64,000 nucleotides of DNA from the IMG/VR virus record IMGVR_UViG_3300036770_007539, positions 62,001 through 126,000 of that record; one strand, written 5' to 3'. The translations under genes and the position numbers were made by a program. Positions 56,840-64,000 of this stretch are shown here, piece after piece (within the stretch, counting starts at the first letter, position 1; each line of letters begins with the position of its first letter). The notes under the pieces were generated by a model, which was given only the letters and a program-made list of their open reading frames with translations, did not search any database and was not told the DNA's origin.

Positions 56840-58231
56840 ATGTTTATTAAAAAGTTTGCAGAAGTAGATTTTGAAAATTTATTTGAAATAAATCTAAAAT
56901 CTTTAGAAAATAAAGAAAATCATTCTAAATCTAATTATTTAGAACATGCAATTAATTTTCTTAAAATTTCTGCAGATCTTTTGGATGAAATTGGTAAAGA
57001 AGAAGCAGCTGAAGAATTAACTCTTATTTTAGATGAACTTGCCGAAGTTGAATCAGATGATACAGATCATGAATCAGAAGAAGGACCGGAAGAAGAATTA
57101 GTAGACTCTTTAGGAAAACATATTCATGATCCGTCATTAGAAGGCACTGATTCTTCTGAAGAAATGCTCAGCCATATGAAAAATAAAGGCTGGATGTTTG
57201 GAAATCACCAACCTGCTTCTGGAATGATAATTATTCACGAAGATGCTGAGCCTTTTGAAAGTTCAAATAAAATGAAAGGTCCAGAATGTAAAGCTTGTGG
57301 TCAATGCGCTAATTGCTGCGATTGTAGCTCTTGCAATTACTGTGGTGATAAAATGGCAGACGATGCGTTATTTTGCGGAGATGCATGCGCTGATATGGCA
57401 GAAGATCAAGGCATGGTCTATGACTGCATGTCAGACGATGATGGCGCTGAAATGAGTGAAGAAGACGAAGAGGAGTATGAAGAAGGTGACGAGGAATCTG
57501 ATGAGATGGAAGAAGATGATGAATTAATGGAAGAAGATGATGAATTAATGGAAGAAGAGGAAGAGTTTAATAAAGAAGCAAATGATTTTTATGATCTTGG
57601 CGCAATGATGGCTCAAGAGCATGCTCAGATGAATTTAGTAAATGTTCTTGAAGCTGTCCTCGCTGTTGAGGAAGATCTTCCATTAGATGAAACTGAAGAA
57701 TTTGCTTTGGGCTATTTAGAAGCATGCGATTGCTCATTAGAAGAGGCTTTAAAACAATTTGAAGAAGTTCAAGAATATCTTGAAGAAAATGATTATGAAC
57801 CAAGATATTCTCTAGAAGAAGTTGAAAGACTTCTTTCGGATGATGAATTATCAGATGACCCAAGCGATGATTTCGATAATGAATTAGAAGGAATTATATC
57901 AAAACAAGAATCCTCTGAATCTATGGAAGAAGATGAGGACATCATAGACCTTGAAGAAGATGAAGATGAAGATGAAGATGAAGATGAAGATGAAGACGAA
58001 GAGGACGAAGAGGACGAGAACGAGGAAGGCGATGAATTAGATGTTAATGATGCTAGATCTAAACCAAAATGCAAAGGTTGGAAAAAATCACCCGTTGGTT
58101 CTCCAAGACAAAGAGCTTTTTGCCGTCGCCACTGCGGCATGAAGAAAAAATTAACTTCTAAGAAAGTCGCAGACGATCCAGATTCTTGCATTAATCAAGG
58201 CTTGCGTCGCTGGAAATGTCGTTGTTCCTGA
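56840..58231 (+). CDS. highly acidic protein with a Cys cluster and basic C-terminal domain
   Basis: Poly-E/D tracts; CKACGQCANCCDCSSCNYC; RAFCRRHCGMKKKLTSKKVADDPDSCINQGLRRWKC. Confidence 0.75.
   Translation: MFIKKFAEVDFENLFEINLKSLENKENHSKSNYLEHAINFLKISADLLDEIGKEEAAEELTLILDELAEVESDDTDHESEEGPEEELVDSLGKHIHDPSLEGTDSSEEMLSHMKNKGWMFGNHQPASGMIIIHEDAEPFESSNKMKGPECKACGQCANCCDCSSCNYCGDKMADDALFCGDACADMAEDQGMVYDCMSDDDGAEMSEEDEEEYEEGDEESDEMEEDDELMEEDDELMEEEEEFNKEANDFYDLGAMMAQEHAQMNLVNVLEAVLAVEEDLPLDETEEFALGYLEACDCSLEEALKQFEEVQEYLEENDYEPRYSLEEVERLLSDDELSDDPSDDFDNELEGIISKQESSESMEEDEDIIDLEEDEDEDEDEDEDEDEEDEEDENEEGDELDVNDARSKPKCKGWKKSPVGSPRQRAFCRRHCGMKKKLTSKKVADDPDSCINQGLRRWKCRCS
57952..58030 (+). repeat. 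(GAAGAT)n acidic microsatellite encoding (ED)n
   Basis: Read directly. Confidence 0.85.
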
Positions 58232-58244
58232 TATATAATACCTT

Positions 58245-58940
58245 ATGTTAAGAATATTACACACCAACAATAGCTTGCCATATTCCTGGCTTGTTGATCC
58301 AAATGCCGAATTTGAGCCCGGTATGATAGCTCAATTGAAAGTATATGGCAATCAAGTTGTTTGTGGTGTATCTGATGGTCTTAGCCCCATTGGAATCATT
58401 GACGATATGAAGAAAACCAGCTTCTCCTCAGCAAAAGTTGATGAGGTTTGCATTATTCCATGTCCTATTCCTACCTTGTCAGGTTCTACTTATGTTACTC
58501 CTATTGATTTAAAATATGAACTAGAAAATGCTAATATTTATCCAGGGTCTTTCGTATGTACCCCTGAATTAGTTGTTTTAAATGCTAGAAATGGCGTCAT
58601 TACTATTCCTGCAGGTACTCCATTAAATTATAGCTCTTCAAATAGTGGGATTTTTGACGCTGTTAGAGTGGTGGTTCGATACAGCCACCAAGTGGCTGGT
58701 ATTCCAGGAGAAAACTCTACAGAGGGTACTGGAAGAATAACAGTTTGGACCAGCAAAATAATAGCTGCAACAGACCAGTTTGATACCTCTGCCTCTTATG
58801 CTTTGAATAGCATTTTATTTTGCGGAATTGATGGCAAGTTAAGCACTTCCAGAATTGATGAAACTTATCCGCCCGTTGGAATTGTTACGGCTCCGCCAAC
58901 AGCTATTTATAGTTTCTTAGAATTTAAGACATACTTCTAA
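58245..58940 (+). CDS. putative head decoration/cement-like protein
   Basis: Beta-rich; FEPGMIAQL...PIGIIDD...ITVW...LFCGIDGKL...VGIV; paralog of the next gene. Confidence 0.55.
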   Translation: MLRILHTNNSLPYSWLVDPNAEFEPGMIAQLKVYGNQVVCGVSDGLSPIGIIDDMKKTSFSSAKVDEVCIIPCPIPTLSGSTYVTPIDLKYELENANIYPGSFVCTPELVVLNARNGVITIPAGTPLNYSSSNSGIFDAVRVVVRYSHQVAGIPGENSTEGTGRITVWTSKIIAATDQFDTSASYALNSILFCGIDGKLSTSRIDETYPPVGIVTAPPTAIYSFLEFKTYF

Positions 58941-59302
58941 TGGTTATAATTTTTGAATCTTTACATGAAAAGCCTGTTAAAATGCTTTTTAAAGATTCTT
59001 TGCATTTTCCAGACCCAGGAATGATCGTTTCATTAGATGATGGAATTGCTAAAATTTGTACGGGCAAAAGACCCTTTGGAATTATTGGAGATTATCCAGA
59101 TGAGTTTGGATTAATTCCTGTTTGGTTTGAGAATACAATCTTTGAAACTAACATGATAGAACCTGGCGTTTATAAATTAAAAGATAAACTATATTGTAGT
59201 GAATATGGTAGATTTACGAATGTAAAAATATTTGAAGATTCTTTGCTAATTGGACACATAGAAGAGATTAAAGAAAATAGTTTGGTAATTGAGCTAATTT
59301 AG
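58940..59302 (+). CDS. short paralog of the preceding decoration-like protein
   Basis: PDPGMIVSL...PFGIIGD...IPVW...LYCSEYGRF...IGHI. Confidence 0.55.
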   Translation: MVIIFESLHEKPVKMLFKDSLHFPDPGMIVSLDDGIAKICTGKRPFGIIGDYPDEFGLIPVWFENTIFETNMIEPGVYKLKDKLYCSEYGRFTNVKIFEDSLLIGHIEEIKENSLVIELI

Positions 59303-59339
59303 CGATATTAAGATATATAGTTTGACGCAAAAGGAATGT

Positions 59340-59660
59340 ATGGATAATGATCAGGATTTAAAAGCATTAATGTCTTCTGAAGTATTTAGAAATTATTTGT
59401 CATTAGAGATGGAAAGAGAAGCAAAAGCTAAACTTCCAAATGAAGAACAAATAAAAATATCTCAACGCAAAGCAAAAGAAGCTAGCGAAGCATTAACTGC
59501 ATTTGCTCAATTTGAAACACAAGTAAAAGAAAACTTTCTTTTAAAAGAAGCTTTTTTAAATATGCAAAAAGAAATTTCTAACAATCCAGCCCTTGCACAA
59601 AAATTAGGTAAAAAATTTACCGATGCAATTATGATGTTAGATTTAGATTCAACTTTTTGA
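59340..59660 (+). CDS. hypothetical protein
   Basis: ATG 59340 with AAGGA RBS; SSEVFRNY resembles SSPVLREY at the start of the next protein. Confidence 0.65.
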   Translation: MDNDQDLKALMSSEVFRNYLSLEMEREAKAKLPNEEQIKISQRKAKEASEALTAFAQFETQVKENFLLKEAFLNMQKEISNNPALAQKLGKKFTDAIMMLDLDSTF

Positions 59661-59667
59661 GGAATAG

Positions 59668-62600
59668 ATGAAAAAAGAAGATAATTTTATCAGCAGCCCA
59701 GTCCTTAGAGAATATTACAATACAGCCATTGAAAAAGGCTGGATTTCTAATGAAGTTGCAGTTAAAACTGCCTCATTGGAAGCTGATCGTTATTCTCCTA
59801 CTGGAAATCTAATGCAGGATTTAGTCAATCTTGCATTTGGTTTGCGAGAGGCGGGTCTATATTCTCAAGCTGAGTCTTTAGAGACAAAGATTAATATTTT
59901 CAAAAAAGCTCAAATAGAACTTGGGTTAATTGATCAAAAAAGCTTATTGATGCAGCAACATGCTCATCCTGAGAATGCTAAAATCGTTGATGCTCAAAAT
60001 GGCTGGGGCGTAGTTCATACAAATGTAGATAGACAACGTAAAATTTTAGAAACCCTAACACATCAACCCAAAGGAATGCATCAAGAAGCTATTAAAACAA
60101 TATCTCTTGCTGCTGCTGAAGCTTTGGGCTTATTAAAGTTAGCTCAAGATGATGGAGATGGGCTTGTAGAAAGTTCGCCTGGCGATGCATTGGGTGAAGA
60201 TGGGGAAGACATGGATGAGACAGTGCCAGAGTCTGGTCAAATATTGCCTTCTGGTAAATTGGTAGATCCTGCCATGGCGCAAAAAGTATCTGCCCATAAA
60301 AATATAACAAAAACAACATATGCTTCTATTAAAAATTCATTAAAAGCTATTAATGGAGCTTTTAGTAAAATTAAAAACAATACTAAACTCTTCTCCAAAG
60401 ATTCCATATTAAAAAATATGGAGAGCCCCACTTCTAAGTGGTATCTATCAGTTATTGGGGCAGATTCTGAGTCTCTTAAAAATTTAGAAAGACTAACTAG
60501 TAATTTTGGAACTACTCCAGAATCCGCTGCTGCAAAAATTGAAGCAATGGAATATGAGTCTTTAAAAAGTCTTATAACATCAGCAATGCCTGCCTATGGA
60601 GGATATGTTATAGGAACTAATTTTAGTTATCCAATGATGGCAGCTCCAGGAGCTAAAAGAGTAAGAAGCAGACAAGAAAGAAAAGAAAAAGCTGAAAGAG
60701 GCTTTTTCGATAAAATATTTGATTCAGAAACTAAATCTGAAGAAGTTGCTAAAGATACTACTCCAGAAGAAATGAAACTGGACATAGTAGAAAAAGCAAA
60801 GTACGATGATCGATACAAGCAAAATAAAAATTCAATTTGGTCAGGAATTATGAGCTATGCAGACCGTCCAAAATTGGGCGGAATCGAGCAGTCGCCTGAA
60901 AAAGTTGCTAGATTGGCAAACGCTATCTCCCAGCATATTTCTAGCGAGAGCGAAAAATTATTTTCAGAAGATAATATTCAAGCAGCAGGCGCTGCTGCAA
61001 TAGCTAAATATTCTACAGTTGTTAATACATTAAATAAAATTTCAACTCAAATTAATGTTGGATTAAACGCCATTTATCCAGACCGAGTAGAGTTATTTAC
61101 ATCTATTACAAAAAGGTCTGCGGCGCTATCAAGATATTTAAATGACCAAAAAGATGAGTTGATTCCAGTTTCTTCTCTTGGGCTCTTTCAAGAGATTCTA
61201 GGAAACGTAGCAGCTATCAATGCCTCTGCTTTAAATGCCGTTTCTGTATTTGAAACCAATCCTATTAGCACAGAGCTTGAATCTCCTAGGGTATCTTCTA
61301 AGAAGGCAAAGCCTATTTTAGATAATTTGGTTTACTGCATTAACATGATGGATCAATATGCTGATTATTTGAGAGTAAAAGCTCCTAATGGTCCAGATTA
61401 TAAGAAAGTCACAAATTATTATAATAAAATGATGGCTATTCATCAAGCCGTTAATGCCAATCAAAATAAAACTTGGGCAGACGTTCAAGCCGCCATTGCA
61501 GGTAAAGCTGGATTGAGTTTTGAATCTTATGATCATCTTAATTCTTATATTGCAAATCTTAGAAACCGAGTTGCGCAAGCTGTTGCTCAAAGCCCTGGAT
61601 TAGGAGTTAAGGCAAGCGATGATAATCAAGTGGTAAAATTGGGTCAATCCATGCTTGAAGAAGCAGTAAGTAATGTTAAAGGAACTATAGGAAATCTTTT
61701 CGGGGGTATACCTGCGGCTGCGGGTCCCGTTGCTACTCCCGCAGCCGCAGCAGCTGCAATTGGAGCAGTAGGAGCAATAGGAGAACCCTTGACTCCTGAA
61801 CCAAAAAAAGTGGATTCATCAGTTAAAACCCCAGATGTAGCTGCGTTTAATCCTGCCCCTTCAGGCGGCGTGGCTGCGGGCGGCGGGGCTGCAGGCGCAG
61901 GCTCTGGTGGAGTATCTAGTGGCAAAGGACCTTCTGCTCCAGCAACAAGCAAAGATAAACTTTCTGCAGCCAGACAAAAAGTTTGGGAAATGCAAGAAAT
62001 GCTTCAAGAATTATCAGAGTTCTTAACAAAGAACCCAAGTAAAGCCCCAGAAGCAAATAAGGCTGATTTTGATACCATTATGTTCGTTGGGAGATCCAAT
62101 CAAAAAGGAAGCCTAGATGGAGATTGGGGCAGAAGAACCACCAGCTCAATCACCGCTGCAAACAAAGCAACTAAATTAAGTTTAACTCCTTCTCCTTCAA
62201 ATAAAGCTGATGAATCAGTTTTATCGAATGAAGCTACTAAGAACACTCAAGCCATACAAAATTGGCTAGACAATAACGGATGGACAAGAGCAGGGGAGAG
62301 ACCAGCAGTGGAGCTTGACAGAATTTCCATGGCTATATTTGATTATACTTCCGAGGCAACTGCCCAACAAGATCCAAATGGAACTCCATTAAAAGATAAA
62401 GATCTATCTTCCTTATATGCTTTTTATAAATATTTAGAAAAATTTGTTTCAGAACTAAGTATATTGCCTAAAGATCAATGGTTTTTAATATTTAGCTGGT
62501 TTAACGGCAGAGTGGAGGCATTACTTGGATCTGAACAAATTCCAGCAGGTAAAAAACCTATTTTTAATACTTATAAAAATTATATTTCTAATTTAAATTT

Positions 62601-63222
62601 AAAATTTAATCAATTAATTGATGCTTATAAAATTACTGAAGGTCAAGTTCTTGGAGAAGACTTCTTTAAGCTTGATTCTGGAGCGGGCGGTGGCGGAATA
62701 CCTATTGGTCAAAGCGGAGTGCCAGGTCAAGGTGGTCCGGACGGTGGCTGGGGACCTGGTGGTCAAGTCGGTCCCGGAGGCAAAGGATTTCAATATGGTA
62801 CCATTGAAGAAGGAGAAGGCGATGTAGATCTCGATGAACCGCCCTTTGGTCCTAATGGAATTAATTTAAACTCTCCTCACTTTGATGGTTTTGAATTAGG
62901 ATTCAAGAAAAAATTCCCCATATCCTATTTTAAATATAGAGCCGTTGATGTCGCAAGAACTTTATTTGCAAAAAACCATCGGTACACAGAATCTACAAGA
63001 GAATTGACCCTTAAGTGTGTTGATGATTACTCAATATTTTTAAGTAATTTGCAAGTAGCAGTTTCTGCTGCTCTTGATAGTTATAGAGAAAAAGCCAATC
63101 CTCCTGATGAAGTTTTTGAAATAGTATATAAAAACAGTGTAACAATTGGTAGAATGATCAGCAGTCACTTAAGTCAATTAACTGATGTGGCAAGACAAAT
63201 GGCAGCCGGAAGAACTCTATGA
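59668..63222 (+). CDS. 1184-aa virion/internal protein with a peptidoglycan-binding-like motif
   Basis: KTAS, KKAQ, KLAQ motifs; shared helical module; VWEMQEML...DGDWGRRT; Gly/Ala linkers. Confidence 0.7.
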   Translation: MKKEDNFISSPVLREYYNTAIEKGWISNEVAVKTASLEADRYSPTGNLMQDLVNLAFGLREAGLYSQAESLETKINIFKKAQIELGLIDQKSLLMQQHAHPENAKIVDAQNGWGVVHTNVDRQRKILETLTHQPKGMHQEAIKTISLAAAEALGLLKLAQDDGDGLVESSPGDALGEDGEDMDETVPESGQILPSGKLVDPAMAQKVSAHKNITKTTYASIKNSLKAINGAFSKIKNNTKLFSKDSILKNMESPTSKWYLSVIGADSESLKNLERLTSNFGTTPESAAAKIEAMEYESLKSLITSAMPAYGGYVIGTNFSYPMMAAPGAKRVRSRQERKEKAERGFFDKIFDSETKSEEVAKDTTPEEMKLDIVEKAKYDDRYKQNKNSIWSGIMSYADRPKLGGIEQSPEKVARLANAISQHISSESEKLFSEDNIQAAGAAAIAKYSTVVNTLNKISTQINVGLNAIYPDRVELFTSITKRSAALSRYLNDQKDELIPVSSLGLFQEILGNVAAINASALNAVSVFETNPISTELESPRVSSKKAKPILDNLVYCINMMDQYADYLRVKAPNGPDYKKVTNYYNKMMAIHQAVNANQNKTWADVQAAIAGKAGLSFESYDHLNSYIANLRNRVAQAVAQSPGLGVKASDDNQVVKLGQSMLEEAVSNVKGTIGNLFGGIPAAAGPVATPAAAAAAIGAVGAIGEPLTPEPKKVDSSVKTPDVAAFNPAPSGGVAAGGGAAGAGSGGVSSGKGPSAPATSKDKLSAARQKVWEMQEMLQELSEFLTKNPSKAPEANKADFDTIMFVGRSNQKGSLDGDWGRRTTSSITAANKATKLSLTPSPSNKADESVLSNEATKNTQAIQNWLDNNGWTRAGERPAVELDRISMAIFDYTSEATAQQDPNGTPLKDKDLSSLYAFYKYLEKFVSELSILPKDQWFLIFSWFNGRVEALLGSEQIPAGKKPIFNTYKNYISNLNLKFNQLIDAYKITEGQVLGEDFFKLDSGAGGGGIPIGQSGVPGQGGPDGGWGPGGQVGPGGKGFQYGTIEEGEGDVDLDEPPFGPNGINLNSPHFDGFELGFKKKFPISYFKYRAVDVARTLFAKNHRYTESTRELTLKCVDDYSIFLSNLQVAVSAALDSYREKANPPDEVFEIVYKNSVTIGRMISSHLSQLTDVARQMAAGRTL

Positions 63223-64000
63223 ATCTCTCCAAAGAAGAAATAAGCCTTTTAAGAGAATCTTTTCTTTTTGAAGAAGTTGAAAAGCTTTGCTTTCCTCAAC
63301 ATATTCAAAAAACAGCAGGATTGTTTGAAACCCTAGGTCTATCTTCTGTTCAAAATTTTTTACAAGACTTTTCTTCAAGATACATAAAAGACTCTTCCGA
63401 AACCCCAGGCGGATACATTACATCTATGCTTAATGTTTTATCAGCTGGCGTTTTATTTAGAATTAATCCTATACTGGGAGCAATCTATCTTGCTTTAGAT
63501 GCCTTCGGCTATAACATTTCTGATATGGCTAAAAAATTGGTTAAATACCTCAAGCCTAAATTAGAAGAAAAAGGCGAAGTCTCTAGCAAAGAAATTAACG
63601 AAGCAGCTGCCTCATTATTTGGAGGAATGGGAGAGTTTGCCATCAGCATGGCTGATGATGGGATTGTCGCCTCTGCTAGTAAAGAAAGTATCTCAGAAAT
63701 TATATTTGAAGAAATTCTTAAAGAAGCATCCCTAATTGAAGGGATAGATAAAATTGCCGCTCAAGAAATTGAAAAAACAGCAATTGGATGGCAAGATGAA
63801 GTAGATAAATATTATAAATCAAAATATTATGGCAAAGGAACTCCCGGTTCTCCGTTTTTATTCGGAGGAGGAAAAGAAGTTCCCATTATTCAAAGAATAT
63901 TTGGCAATCTTTTTAATAGACCAAATGGCGCCAGTAGACTTAAATGGTTCGGCGTCGGAATAGTTGCCTGGATAGTTAAATCTCTTTTCGCAGGTGCCCT
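63219..64000 (+). CDS. 3'-truncated virion protein with hydrophobic segments
   Basis: ATGA-coupled; open to the window end (MNLSKEEISLLRES...IQKTAGLFE...WFGVGIVAWIVKSLFAGA); not in ORF track. Confidence 0.75.
   Translation, partial: MNLSKEEISLLRESFLFEEVEKLCFPQHIQKTAGLFETLGLSSVQNFLQDFSSRYIKDSSETPGGYITSMLNVLSAGVLFRINPILGAIYLALDAFGYNISDMAKKLVKYLKPKLEEKGEVSSKEINEAAASLFGGMGEFAISMADDGIVASASKESISEIIFEEILKEASLIEGIDKIAAQEIEKTAIGWQDEVDKYYKSKYYGKGTPGSPFLFGGGKEVPIIQRIFGNLFNRPNGASRLKWFGVGIVAWIVKSLFAGA

Noticed and set aside
5591-61952. Numerous short minus-strand and off-frame ORFs in the track (e.g. 5591-5917, 31257-31535, 49997-50455, 53333-54061, 57793-58191)
   Set aside because: They lie within longer, motif-bearing + strand genes and mirror low-complexity sequence.
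1-64000. Cellular (bacterial) origin suggested by infC, def, tig, dnaE, recA, dnaJ
   Set aside because: These genes are divergent, lack their usual operon neighbours (no rpmI/rplT, clpP/clpX, dnaK), and are interleaved with terminase, portal, head protease and gp32-like SSB.
1-64000. Stop-codon reassignment as in some large phages
   Set aside because: Long genes are intact in the standard code, and TAA, TGA and TAG all end genes at sensible places.

Overview
AT-rich, gene-dense, almost entirely + strand segment that reads as part of a large (jumbo-type) tailed-phage genome in the standard genetic code. About 1-26.9 kb is a replication/recombination and host-takeover block: MT-A70 methylase, HNH, IF3, peptide deformylase, a primase split into two genes, SbcD/SbcC, dNMP kinase, PD-(D/E)XK exonuclease, trigger factor, DnaE, UvsY-like protein, RecA/UvsX, SSB, RuvC, DnaJ and a sigma-region-4 HTH protein. 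About 26.9-64 kb is a head-morphogenesis block: large terminase, portal, an intein-interrupted prohead protease fused to a probable scaffold, decoration-like paralogs, a GH73-like muramidase protein, a CCA-type nucleotidyltransferase, an inverted PIN-PhoH gene and many large low-complexity proteins. The most striking unexplained signal is a shared protein-level code across the head block. (i) A hydrophobic-x-K-x-A motif (KTAY, KIAQ, KIAS, KNAY, KLAA, KQAY, KTAS) lies in the first 5-40 residues and at domain boundaries of about 15 otherwise unrelated proteins. (ii) A ~22-aa helical module, L-x3-A-x2-(L/F)-(D)-x2-G-x4-A-x2-L, is shared by about 8 of them. I interpret these, by inference, as the cleavage site and capsid-targeting tag of a head-cargo processing/loading system. 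No tRNA, rRNA or CRISPR array was seen, and the major capsid gene could not be identified. All family calls come from motif recognition by eye, not from database searches.
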